Shown one piece after another: positions 28,038 to 37,478 of a stretch of 64,000 nucleotides of DNA; the first letter of the stretch is position 1; every line of letters begins with the position of its first letter. The position numbers were made by a program, and so were the translations under genes. The notes beneath the pieces were generated by a model. The model did not search any database and was not told the origin of the DNA. It saw only the letters and a list, made by a program, of their open reading frames with translations. Source of the DNA: an uncultured Candidatus Saccharibacteria bacterium (GTDB lineage Bacteria; Patescibacteriota; Minisyncoccia; CAIUEV01; JAHKAQ01). The stretch spans positions 17,046-81,045 of the forward strand of contig CAZRBB010000003.1 in assembly GCA_964598205.1 (NCBI GenBank), read 5' to 3'.

Positions 28038-30794
28038 ATGAACACAAAAAAAAATAAAGCTTTTTGGTTAGTGGGGGTCTTTTTTGTGTGTTTTATTTTT
28101 TGGGGATTCTTTTTTCCAGAAGCAGCTCATGCTGGGATATGGGGGGAATGGCTTAAAGAAAAGCTTGGAGCTATAGCTTGGGAAACATTTGGTCTTCTTT
28201 TGGTTAAGCTTCCGATGACGCTTTGTTTGATCTTTGCCTGGCTAGCAGAATTTATTTTTTGGGTTCTTTTTGAAATTGCCACTGTAGCGGTTAATAAGTT
28301 TTTTGATCCAACTTTTTATAAAGATGAATTACAAGGGTTTGTTACCAATCCGGTAGTGCAAAGTGGCTGGAGCTTAATTGTAGGATTGGTAAATTTGTTT
28401 TTTGTAATTGTGCTTTTGTTTGTTGGCGTAGGAACACTGCTCCGTGTAGAAAAATACGACTATAAAAAATTACTAATTAAACTAGCTATTTGTGCGCTTT
28501 TAACCAATTTTAGCCTTCTCTTTGCTGGTATTATTCTAGACTTGACCCATGTGATTATGTTTTCTGATCTCTTTGGAAATCCGATTGCTATTTTGTCTGG
28601 CGCTGTTCGAGATTTGCTTTGGGATGGGTTTACTAAAATCCCTATACGACTTTTGAAATTAATTGGGGCGGATGATTTTGAAGAAGCTGCTGGACTTTCT
28701 ATGGGAGTATTTATGGAAGCAATCTTTGTGGCTTCGGCCGCCATGGTTATTATTGCCACCGCCTTTTTCCTTTTGCTTAGAGTGGTGGCTCTTTGGTTGC
28801 TCTTGGTACTTTCTCCTTTTGCTTATATTGCCCTGGTCCTGCCGGATACCAAAAATATTGCTGACCGATGGTGGAGTGCCTTTTTGAAGTATGCCTTTTT
28901 AGGACCAATACTTTTTTTCTTTGTTTGGTTTGCCGCTCAAATGACCCAAAAAGTAATTTTGTCTGTAGAGTTTACAAAAAGCAATGTACCTCAAGAACAA
29001 AACATTGCCTTAAACAAAGGACCTTCTTGGACAAATCCCGAAAAAGCCTTGGGAGATTCAAAGGCTATTGTTCAACAAAAAAAGGTTGAACTGGGAAGTT
29101 TATGGATAAAATTGACCCTTATTACGGTTTTGCTTTGGGGAGGGTTGCTCGCCGCATCTTCTATGGGAGTAGTCGCCGCCGGAGCAGTAATGGGAGCGGC
29201 GAAGATGGCGATGACGGGCGCAGCTGTTTTTACTACAATGGGGGCAGGTTCCGCCGCTCTTCGTTTTGCTAGAAAGAGATCCGAGGCTCGATCCGAAAAG
29301 CAAGGATTAAGAGCAGGTGAGGCGCGAACACAGTTGGCGGGCATGAGCCCAAACACCGAAGCATACACACAAAAACAACAAGAGATAGAACAGCTATCTG
29401 CTTCCGAATCTAAATGGAAAAAAACATCTCAAGGTCTTCGTTATGCCAATGCTTTTAATCCAATAAAAGTGGCTCGATCAATGTGGGCAGTCGCCAAAGT
29501 GTCTCGTAAACAAGAAGAAGTGGATGATGCTCAAGCTTTAGCAGGAACAGCCGGTCAGGTCTGGGATTCCATTACCGGAAAAACAAATATCAGAAGAAAT
29601 ATTGTTGAAGGGCAGGTTCAAAACGAAAGAAATGCGCAAAGAGAAAATGCAAAAGCTGTTGCTTTAAAGGGTGGGCTAGACATTGATGGCGTCGACATTG
29701 ATGACGCCGATATTGAAAACCAAATAGTGGCAATGGAAGATAATTTAAAGCTAACTTTAGGCATAGAACCAGAAGGAGATCTTAATTTAGGGCAGGCCGA
29801 GCAAACATTGATTAATAAGATCAGAGAACAAGAAATTGCTGTTGAAAAAAGCCAAACAGACGAAGAAAAACAAGGCAATCAAGAACAATTGGAATCATCT
29901 CGAGGCGATTTGTCTAAAGTAAGGGCTCTTGCGGCGTACACCGATCTTAATGAGGGCTTGGCAGAAAGCGAAGATCAGCAACATATTGCAGCAGCAAGAT
30001 CTTCGGTGGATCGTACTCGTTGGCAGGATACTTTTAATTATGACGCCGTTGATGACAAAAAAGTACAGGAAGCAACCAAAGGTCTAGAGTATATGGAAAC
30101 GGCCGAACTCATTTCTCTTTTCGCCTCTGCCGATGAAAGCAAGAGAGAGGCAATTGTTCTAAAGATTCAGGCTAATACAGATATGAACGATCTCCTTACA
30201 AAAAATGGTTACAATACCACACAGCACAATGAGTTCTTTAAAGATAACTTTTCCGAAAGAAGATCCGTTCGGTTGGCAGCTAGAGCTCAAGCAATTGGAG
30301 AACGAACCCGCGATTACAACAGTACTGAGTTTTTGGAATACGACCCCAAGGCCGGTAGAATGAGGTTAATTGAAGATAACGAAAAACGACAAAGGAAAAT
30401 ATTTAAAAAGACTCAAAAGGTTAGCTCGCGCGATTATGTTTCCAATCTTGGAGAAGATAATGTGCTTGCTAGGACCAAAGATGGTCGCCGTACACCCCTT
30501 CCTTACGCCGAAGATCTTTATGACCGCCTAGCAAACCAAGGCGTAGAAGCAGCTCACTTATTAAAACCAAGAGTTTTAGTCTACCTTAAAGAATCACAAG
30601 AGAATATAAAAAACAAAGTTCCGGGCTGGACAAATATTAGCGACAAAGCAAAGGAGAACTTGGATAAGTTCATAAAGGATGTAGAGCTTGCTCAAGCTTC
30701 AAGATTTAAAGCTGGTAAGAGTGGGCTGTCCAGCGCTACGAAAAAACCACAAGATGATCAAAACATTGTCCATCCTGGAGGTGGCAATATCTAG
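28038..30794 (+). CDS. Large polytopic membrane protein, VirB6/TrbL-like, with an approximately 500-aa hydrophilic coiled-coil C-terminal extension
   Basis: About 9-10 TM helices in the first ~400 aa, a Gly/Ala-rich segment, then a charged coiled-coil tail. First gene of a cluster with VirB4, PrgI-like and pilin-like genes. Confidence 0.45.
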   Translation: MNTKKNKAFWLVGVFFVCFIFWGFFFPEAAHAGIWGEWLKEKLGAIAWETFGLLLVKLPMTLCLIFAWLAEFIFWVLFEIATVAVNKFFDPTFYKDELQGFVTNPVVQSGWSLIVGLVNLFFVIVLLFVGVGTLLRVEKYDYKKLLIKLAICALLTNFSLLFAGIILDLTHVIMFSDLFGNPIAILSGAVRDLLWDGFTKIPIRLLKLIGADDFEEAAGLSMGVFMEAIFVASAAMVIIATAFFLLLRVVALWLLLVLSPFAYIALVLPDTKNIADRWWSAFLKYAFLGPILFFFVWFAAQMTQKVILSVEFTKSNVPQEQNIALNKGPSWTNPEKALGDSKAIVQQKKVELGSLWIKLTLITVLLWGGLLAASSMGVVAAGAVMGAAKMAMTGAAVFTTMGAGSAALRFARKRSEARSEKQGLRAGEARTQLAGMSPNTEAYTQKQQEIEQLSASESKWKKTSQGLRYANAFNPIKVARSMWAVAKVSRKQEEVDDAQALAGTAGQVWDSITGKTNIRRNIVEGQVQNERNAQRENAKAVALKGGLDIDGVDIDDADIENQIVAMEDNLKLTLGIEPEGDLNLGQAEQTLINKIREQEIAVEKSQTDEEKQGNQEQLESSRGDLSKVRALAAYTDLNEGLAESEDQQHIAAARSSVDRTRWQDTFNYDAVDDKKVQEATKGLEYMETAELISLFASADESKREAIVLKIQANTDMNDLLTKNGYNTTQHNEFFKDNFSERRSVRLAARAQAIGERTRDYNSTEFLEYDPKAGRMRLIEDNEKRQRKIFKKTQKVSSRDYVSNLGEDNVLARTKDGRRTPLPYAEDLYDRLANQGVEAAHLLKPRVLVYLKESQENIKNKVPGWTNISDKAKENLDKFIKDVELAQASRFKAGKSGLSSATKKPQDDQNIVHPGGGNI

Positions 30795-30841
30795 TTATCT
30801 ATTCGGGACCAGGCCCAAGACCAAAATAAAACAGAAAAAGC

Positions 30842-31918
30842 ATGAACTATAACGAAAAAGAAAATTTAAAAAGAGGGCTGATTGAAGAAGCAAGGGGTGT
30901 TTGGGAAACTCAACAAACCGGAGAGGCTTTGACGGTTTTGAAAAACTTAGAAGAGGATCTTTGGAGGGAAGTTTTTACAGAAAAAGAACTGGCTGTTTTA
31001 AGGATAAGGATGAACTGGGTTGCTTTTCCTGTAATTCCAGAAAAAGAACAAATGAAGCTTATTGCTGAGCACTTACTTTTGCCTCTTTACGATGGAGGTT
31101 TTGATCTTAAGAAACCTTTTGAAATAAAGCAGTTGCTTACACCGATTAGTATTTGGCCAGACGAAACCGTTCCCAAGCTAATTGAAACATTTTTACAAAA
31201 CCAAGAAAAAATAGGCGATCAACCAAGGAAAACAAAGACCGGAAAAGAAGTTTTGCCTACTATAGAATTTTGGCTGAAGGACTACTTAGATGAATATGGC
31301 ATGGACAAACAAGAAAGCGTAGCGATTATGCACTATCTTAGTCAATCAGAAAATGTTAACACCTTGAACAATAAAGAAAAAGAAGTCCTAAAGAGATTGC
31401 TTCTTTTGTTTGAATCAATAAAAGTTTTTTCTATTGATCAAATTTTTAGGGAGGTGCAAAAAATTGCCATCAAAGAAAATCAGGCCAATGCTGGTGCTCG
31501 TCCTTCTTTGCCACAACCCACAAAACAACCGACTACCCCTTTTGTTTTTAGCCAAAGAAGTGCTCCTTCTTTAGAAAAAACAGAGACAAGTGGTGACTTA
31601 ATAGCAAAGCGCACAATAAAACAGGCACTGGAATCAAGGCCTCAAATAGCTGCTCAGGAAATAACTAGTCAACCGGTTCTTCTTTTGGGGAAACAAGATC
31701 CAGTAAGGCCTACTGTTCAAAACTGGTTATTAGACTACCGAAGTCGTTTTGGAATTTCTGAGCACACCGCAGAAGACCAAAAATCTTTTATTGAAAAGTC
31801 TCCAAATACTAAAAACCTATCGGAACAAGAGAGGCAAAGAGTCTTTTTAGTGATCGACTCTTACGATAACGATTCCCTTCTTAATGTTTCTGAGACCAAT
31901 AAAAGACTTTTATTTTAA
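30842..31918 (+). CDS. Hypothetical soluble protein in the T4SS-like cluster
   Basis: 358-aa ORF with no recognisable motif; assigned by operon position only. Confidence 0.4.
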   Translation: MNYNEKENLKRGLIEEARGVWETQQTGEALTVLKNLEEDLWREVFTEKELAVLRIRMNWVAFPVIPEKEQMKLIAEHLLLPLYDGGFDLKKPFEIKQLLTPISIWPDETVPKLIETFLQNQEKIGDQPRKTKTGKEVLPTIEFWLKDYLDEYGMDKQESVAIMHYLSQSENVNTLNNKEKEVLKRLLLLFESIKVFSIDQIFREVQKIAIKENQANAGARPSLPQPTKQPTTPFVFSQRSAPSLEKTETSGDLIAKRTIKQALESRPQIAAQEITSQPVLLLGKQDPVRPTVQNWLLDYRSRFGISEHTAEDQKSFIEKSPNTKNLSEQERQRVFLVIDSYDNDSLLNVSETNKRLLF

Positions 31919-32316
31919 TGAGATTCAAGGTTCCCCAAAATATTGACATTGAAGACAAGATTGTTGGTCCCTTAACGGGAAAACAGTTCCTTTGGCTTTT
32001 AGGAGGAGCAGTTATTATGCTTCTTATTTGGAGGTTGGTAGACTTTTCTTTGTTTATTGCTTTTTCTGTTGTAATAATGGGAACAATGTGTGCTTTTGCT
32101 TTTATTCGACCCTACCAACAAAACATGATTGTTTTTTTGGGGAACATCTTTCTTTATTCCAGCAAGGGAAAGCAGTTTCTTTGGAAAAAAGAAGTCGGTC
32201 CAGTAGAAAAACGACTTTCTAGGAAACCAGAGGAAGAAATTATTATTGTTAAAAAGTCTTTTTCTTACAAAGAAGCAGAGAAGCTAGCAAAAACATTGGA
32301 CAGCCAAGAAAAATAA
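31918..32316 (+). CDS. PrgI/VirB3-like small membrane protein
   Basis: N-terminal FKVPQNIDIEDKIVGPLTGKQFLWL followed by two TM helices, the hallmark of the Gram-positive PrgI family. Located immediately upstream of VirB4. Confidence 0.5.
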   Translation: MRFKVPQNIDIEDKIVGPLTGKQFLWLLGGAVIMLLIWRLVDFSLFIAFSVVIMGTMCAFAFIRPYQQNMIVFLGNIFLYSSKGKQFLWKKEVGPVEKRLSRKPEEEIIIVKKSFSYKEAEKLAKTLDSQEK

Positions 32317-32321
32317 AAAAA

Positions 32322-33026
32322 ATGCAAGAAAGTCTAAATGCAAAAAAATTAATAAGGAACAACATTCAAAGTGCTAGCACCCAGCAGTTTTTGGATATCA
32401 ACGAAATAAAAGATGGGGTAGTGATTTTAAAAAATGGGGCACTGAGATCTGTTTTAATGGTTTCTTCTATTAATTTTGATTTAAAATCAATAGAAGAGCA
32501 GGATGCGATTATTTACCAATATCAAAGCTTTCTTAATTCTCTTGACTTCCCAATCCAAATTCTTATCAGCTCCAGAAGAATAAATTTAAAGAAATACATT
32601 GAAAGTTTGCAAGAAATTTCCAGAAAACAAACAAACGAACTGCTCCACATGCAAACAGAAGATTATATTCAATATGTTTCTTCTATGGTTACGGTTACCA
32701 ATATTGTGAATAAAACTTTTTACATTGTTGTTCCTTTTTCGCCAGTAGAAAACCAAAAAAGCGGAGTGGCAGATAAGTTCTTTGGTTTTTTTACTCCTAA
32801 AAAAACAGAGGACATAGAGAAGCAAAAAGGGTTTGTGGTTTATAAAAATCAGCTTTGGCAAAGAGTAGAACAGGTTCAGTATGGATTGAGCGGAGCAGGA
32901 ATTAGAATGGTTGCACTAGGAACTCAGGAACTAGTAGAGCTTTACTATTCAATGTATAATCCGGGATCTATTGAAAGACTGGAGCTAGCTCCAATAGAGG
33001 AGATGGCTATTAATACTTCTTTTTAA
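32322..33026 (+). CDS. Hypothetical protein, possibly a VirB4/TrbE N-terminal-domain-like fragment
   Basis: FLDINEIKDGVVILKNGALRSVLMVSSINFDLKSIEEQDAI resembles the VirB4 N-terminal region. Same reading frame as the downstream VirB4, separated by one TAA and 6 nt. Confidence 0.3.
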   Translation: MQESLNAKKLIRNNIQSASTQQFLDINEIKDGVVILKNGALRSVLMVSSINFDLKSIEEQDAIIYQYQSFLNSLDFPIQILISSRRINLKKYIESLQEISRKQTNELLHMQTEDYIQYVSSMVTVTNIVNKTFYIVVPFSPVENQKSGVADKFFGFFTPKKTEDIEKQKGFVVYKNQLWQRVEQVQYGLSGAGIRMVALGTQELVELYYSMYNPGSIERLELAPIEEMAINTSF

Positions 33027-33032
33027 CTTATT

Positions 33033-34838
33033 ATGTCTTTCTTTTTTTCAAAAAATAAAAACAACAAAACGCCGAATAGTGGCGAACGAGAATATCAAAA
33101 CGAGGTTATAACGATTAGAGACTTAATTGCACCGGCTTCTTTTTATGTAACGCCTTCGTCTCTGCGAGTTGGGGAGAAGCTGGTCAAAACAATTTTTATT
33201 ATTACTTATCCTCGCTATTTACAAACCGGCTGGTTTTCTTCGGTTATCAATCTGGATAAAATGCTAGATGTTTCCATGTTTATTCATCCCATTGATACAA
33301 ATGTTATTTTAAAATCTTTGCGTAAAACTGCAACACAAGTTCAATCTAGAATGACTATGGAGTCTCAGTCTGGAAAAATCAGAGATCCAATCCTAGAAAC
33401 ATCCCTTAACGACATTGAAGAACTAAGAGATCGTTTACAACAGGGGACGGAAAGATTTTTTCGTTTTGGTGTTTACATTACTATTTATGGAAACTCTCCC
33501 AAAGAGCTAGAAGATTTAAGCGCTTCGATTGAGTCTTCTATGGAGGCTCGTTTAATTTATTTAAAGCCCGCCGTTTTTAGAATGGAGCAAGGATTCGCTT
33601 CCACTCTGCCCATTGCTAACGACGAACTAGACGCTTCTACAAACCTCAACACTTCCCCGCTTTCTACTTCTTTCCCTTTTACCTCTTCCAATTTAAGCTC
33701 TAACGATGGAATTCTTTACGGGATAAATCGACACAACAACAGTTTGATTCTTTTTGATCGATTTAAAATGGAGAACGCGAACATGGTAGTTTTTGCTAAA
33801 TCGGGCGCAGGTAAGTCTTATTTTACAAAACTAGAAATTGTTCGCTCTTTAATGATGGGAGCGCAGGTAATTGTGATTGATCCAGAAAATGAATATAAAC
33901 ACCTTTGCGAGGCCGTGGGAGGGTCTTTTATTAAGATCTCCCTAAACTCCCCCAATCATATAAATCCTTTTGACCTGCCAGTACTTCAAGAAGATGAGAG
34001 CCCTGAAGATGTTTTGCGAGGTAATATTGCTAATCTTTTAGGATTAACAAGAATTATTTTGGGAAACATTACCCCTGAAGAAGATTCTATTTTAGATAAA
34101 GCAATTAAAGAAGCTTACGCGGCCAAAGATATTACCCCTGACTCTCCTGAGTTCCAAGCAACATCACAAGACCCCCCAACAATGTCTCTCCTTTATGAGG
34201 TCCTAAGAAACATGAGTGGCGGAGAAGACTTGGCCACTAGGCTTGAAAAATATACAGAAGGAACCTTTGCCGGATTCTTAAACAAGCCAACAAATGTTCG
34301 AATTGATACCCAGCTGGTTGTTTTTAATATCCGAGACATGGAAGAAATCTTGCGACCAGTAGCAATGTATTTGGTTTTGCAGTTTATTTGGAACAGAATT
34401 CGCTCTGATATGCGAAAAAGACTTTTAATTGTTGACGAGGCCTGGATTATGATGGCCCATGAAGATGCTGGCGATTTTATGTTCCAAATAGCCAAACGGT
34501 GTCGAAAATACTACACTGGATTAACAACCATTACCCAAGATGTTACCGATTTTATAAATTCCCGCTACGGAAAACCCATTATTACAAACTCTTCTCTGCA
34601 GCTCCTACTAAAGCAATCTCCGGCTTCGGTTGATATTATTTCTGAAACCTTTTATCTTACAGAACAAGAGAAGTTTCTCCTTTTAGAAAGCTCAGTAGGA
34701 GAAGGGATTTTTTTTGCGGGACTAAAACATGCTGCAATCAAGGTGGTCGCTTCTTACACGGAAGATCAAATAATCACATCTAACCCGGCACAATTAATAG
34801 AAATTGCTAAAGCCAAAAAGGAGCTAACACTAAGCTAA
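33033..34838 (+). CDS. virB4: VirB4/TrbE/CagE-family conjugal-transfer-type ATPase
   Basis: Walker A AKSGAGKSY; Walker B LLIVDEAW; typical VirB4 N-region (YPRYLQTGW). Confidence 0.85.
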   Translation: MSFFFSKNKNNKTPNSGEREYQNEVITIRDLIAPASFYVTPSSLRVGEKLVKTIFIITYPRYLQTGWFSSVINLDKMLDVSMFIHPIDTNVILKSLRKTATQVQSRMTMESQSGKIRDPILETSLNDIEELRDRLQQGTERFFRFGVYITIYGNSPKELEDLSASIESSMEARLIYLKPAVFRMEQGFASTLPIANDELDASTNLNTSPLSTSFPFTSSNLSSNDGILYGINRHNNSLILFDRFKMENANMVVFAKSGAGKSYFTKLEIVRSLMMGAQVIVIDPENEYKHLCEAVGGSFIKISLNSPNHINPFDLPVLQEDESPEDVLRGNIANLLGLTRIILGNITPEEDSILDKAIKEAYAAKDITPDSPEFQATSQDPPTMSLLYEVLRNMSGGEDLATRLEKYTEGTFAGFLNKPTNVRIDTQLVVFNIRDMEEILRPVAMYLVLQFIWNRIRSDMRKRLLIVDEAWIMMAHEDAGDFMFQIAKRCRKYYTGLTTITQDVTDFINSRYGKPIITNSSLQLLLKQSPASVDIISETFYLTEQEKFLLLESSVGEGIFFAGLKHAAIKVVASYTEDQIITSNPAQLIEIAKAKKELTLS

Positions 34839-34842
34839 AAAA

Positions 34843-35253
34843 ATGGAAAACATTAGTAAAAAAAAGATTTTTTTCTTTCTCCTGCTGCTCTTTCTTCTTG
34901 TTGTGCCAGTTATTGCTTCTTATGCCAAGTGGGATTTAGAGATTGATATTCCCGTGGATGGCGCTACCGATACTATCCCTGGATATGTTAACAAGATATA
35001 CAAGTTTGTTGTTACGGTTATTGGAATTTTGGGCGCCGGAATGTTTATGATTGGAGGGTTTCAGTATCTTGTTTCTGCCGGCAATACTTCTTCTGTGGGG
35101 CACGCCAAAGAAACTATTTTTGCTGCTCTTGCTGGACTAATCATTGTTTTTGCCTCTTTTCTTCTTTTGCGAATAATCAATAAAGAATTAACAGACCTAT
35201 CTAATCCAACAACACTAAAGGAGTCTTCTTATTTTTTGGCTCTGTTGCCCTAG
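34843..35253 (+). CDS. Pilin-like (VirB2/TrbC-like) small protein: signal peptide plus two TM helices
   Basis: 136 aa. N-terminal signal/TM, a central Gly-rich hydrophobic helix GILGAGMFMIGG, and a second TM; sits directly after VirB4. Confidence 0.45.
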   Translation: MENISKKKIFFFLLLLFLLVVPVIASYAKWDLEIDIPVDGATDTIPGYVNKIYKFVVTVIGILGAGMFMIGGFQYLVSAGNTSSVGHAKETIFAALAGLIIVFASFLLLRIINKELTDLSNPTTLKESSYFLALLP

Positions 35254-36667
35254 GGCGCTCCCTGTTCTCCTTTTCTACAAGACTAGAAAAAGCCAATAGA
35301 AGAAAAAATAAAGGCAATATAACTGGCGAATAAAGAGGCATTTCAAAAAAAGAGTGGATTAAAAACCAAACAAAAGAGCCCAAAAGACAAGCACTCAAAA
35401 GTGCTTCTTTTTTGTTGGAAAGAAACAATCCTCTTCTGAGTCCTTGAATAGCTACAAACAAGATGGCCATAAATAAACCGATTCCAATAATCCCTGTTTC
35501 TGCTAAGAGCTCTAAGTAAAGGTTGTGCGCATAAATTGGGTCTCTATATTCTGACAAAGAGTTGACCTCGTAAGAGAACGCTCCAAGACCAACTCCTAAA
35601 AGAGGATGTTCTTTGGAAATGGAAATGGCCTTGGCCCAAACAGCCAGCCGGCCCTGGTTAGAACCTTCTGACAAGTCGAACGAGCTTTTTAGACGACCCC
35701 CTATTGGACCAAGAAACAAAAGACCCGCAAGAATGGCGAAAAGAAAAAGATTTTTTGCTTTTTTTTGAATAGCTAAAATAACCACTGCAAGAAAAATTGC
35801 TCCTAAAAAACCAAGGTATCCTCCACGAGAAAAAGTTAAGGCTTCCGTAAAAACGCTTAAAATGACCGCAAATAAAAAAAACGCTTTCCTTTTTTTATTT
35901 TTTGAGTCAAAGAAAGAAAAAAGCTGAGCAGGCAGCGAAAAAGAAAGAAAAAAGCTGAGCATATGAGGATCAGGAAAAGGAAGAAACGCTCTTAGGAAGT
36001 CTTTTCCGGAAAGATCGACTAGCCAGCTAGGATTGTTTTTAACTGCTAAAGAAGCGGTGGTTCCCCAAAAAAAAGGACCAAAACGATCGGTGCACCAAGA
36101 GATAAGCGTTTTTGAGTCCACTAAAAATTGCAGAAGAAAAAAAGATAAAGCGAAAAAACAAACAACAGCTCCAGAAACTCCAAGAGCGGTAACTATTTTT
36201 TTTCTTAGAAGTAATCCTTTTTCCATTATTAGTCCATAAGCAACGAAAAAAATAGGGGCAATGGTTAGAAGAACCAATAATTTTCTTACTGTTCTTTCTG
36301 TAACGGGCGAGTAGAAAAGAGAAAGACAAGACCAGAAACAAAAAAGAATAATCAGAAAAGCAGTTTTATTTTTCGCCCAAACGGGTCGCCGGCCCCAACA
36401 GAAGCCCATGGCAAACACCCAAAATAAAGAGCATATAATTAAGCGACTAGAGGCAAGGTCTATTTCTGGCCCTAGGTTAAGAGCTGGTAGAAATGGCAAG
36501 AGGAAAATAAGAGAAACTAAGGAAAAAGAAAGGCTTAGAGAAAAAAAGAACAACGGTAAAGAAAAGATAATTATTTTTTCTTTGTAGCCAAACAGAAAGC
36601 CTAGCAAGACCGAAAAAGACAACCAGGAAGTTGCTTTAAAAAACTTACTTCTTTTTCCAATAAACAT
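35201..36667 (-). CDS. O-antigen ligase family (Wzy_C) polytopic membrane protein
   Basis: Motifs FSRGGYLGF and AHNLYLELLAETGIIG; more than 10 TM helices. Confidence 0.7.
   Translation of the reverse strand: MFIGKRSKFFKATSWLSFSVLLGFLFGYKEKIIIFSLPLFFFSLSLSFSLVSLIFLLPFLPALNLGPEIDLASSRLIICSLFWVFAMGFCWGRRPVWAKNKTAFLIILFCFWSCLSLFYSPVTERTVRKLLVLLTIAPIFFVAYGLIMEKGLLLRKKIVTALGVSGAVVCFFALSFFLLQFLVDSKTLISWCTDRFGPFFWGTTASLAVKNNPSWLVDLSGKDFLRAFLPFPDPHMLSFFLSFSLPAQLFSFFDSKNKKRKAFFLFAVILSVFTEALTFSRGGYLGFLGAIFLAVVILAIQKKAKNLFLFAILAGLLFLGPIGGRLKSSFDLSEGSNQGRLAVWAKAISISKEHPLLGVGLGAFSYEVNSLSEYRDPIYAHNLYLELLAETGIIGIGLFMAILFVAIQGLRRGLFLSNKKEALLSACLLGSFVWFLIHSFFEMPLYSPVILPLFFLLLAFSSLVEKENRERPRATEPKNKKTPLVLLD
35909..35961. 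repeat. Tandem direct repeat, 2x 22 nt (AAAGAAAGAAAAAAGCTGAGCA) with a 9-nt spacer, inside the Wzy-like CDS
   Basis: Exact copies at 35909-35930 and 35940-35961; encodes a duplicated LSFF/LSFSL peptide. Confidence 0.85.
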
Positions 36668-37475
36668 TTTTAAAATAAACAGGAAGCCGTAGAAAACAAA
36701 AAATCAAGCAAAACAATGCGTGGAAATGCTTTCTTAAAAACAAATCTTGCGACTGGTAATAGTAGCGCTTTCTCTTGGTAAAGGGAATTCTGCTTTTGCT
36801 TTCTAGGTGTTTAACAGAAACATCTTTTTCTATTAATAGCTGAACATTTTCTTCCTTTGCCCGAAAAGAAAAATCCTTGTCTTCAAAATAAAGAAAAAAG
36901 CCCGGATCAAAACCTTTTAGTTGCAAAAAAACTTCCTTTCTTATAAGAAAACAGGCGCCACTGAGCCAGTCAACTTCTCTTTCGGAATGCCCTGGCCGAC
37001 TAGAGCTGTTTATTGAGCTATTAAATTGTTTTTTTAAGAAAATCCGCTCTAAAAAACCAACTTGTCCAGAGGCATGTTTTTGTTTTGTGCCAGAAGAAGT
37101 GCTTAACAGGGGGGCGACAATGGTGGGGTATTTCTTTTGGCTTAGTCTTTTAAAAAGAATTTTGGCTTGACCAAAAGACAAGAAGCAGTCTGGATTAAGA
37201 AATAAGAGATTTTCTTGGATTGCCTTCTTAGCCGCTAGGTTACAGGCCCTTCCAAAGCCGATATTTTTTGAGCTTTTGATAATCTTAATGTTTTTGCACA
37301 GCTTTTCCCCTAAAATCGACGGCAAAGACTGTCTTTTGTTTCTTAGAAACTCTCCGTTGTCCACCACTAAAATTTCTGTCTGGCTATTTTCTTGCTTTTC
37401 TTCAATAAAAAACAAAATAGCCCTTTTTAGATTATGCGCTGAGTTATAATTAACAAAAATAACCGAGAGCTTCAT
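36645..37475 (-). CDS. Family 2 glycosyltransferase
   Basis: N-terminal SVIFVNYN and GT-A fold motifs; sits in the polysaccharide cluster. Confidence 0.8.
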   Translation of the reverse strand: MKLSVIFVNYNSAHNLKRAILFFIEEKQENSQTEILVVDNGEFLRNKRQSLPSILGEKLCKNIKIIKSSKNIGFGRACNLAAKKAIQENLLFLNPDCFLSFGQAKILFKRLSQKKYPTIVAPLLSTSSGTKQKHASGQVGFLERIFLKKQFNSSINSSSRPGHSEREVDWLSGACFLIRKEVFLQLKGFDPGFFLYFEDKDFSFRAKEENVQLLIEKDVSVKHLESKSRIPFTKRKRYYYQSQDLFLRKHFHALFCLIFCFLRLPVYFKNVYWKKK

Positions 37476-37478
37476 TTT

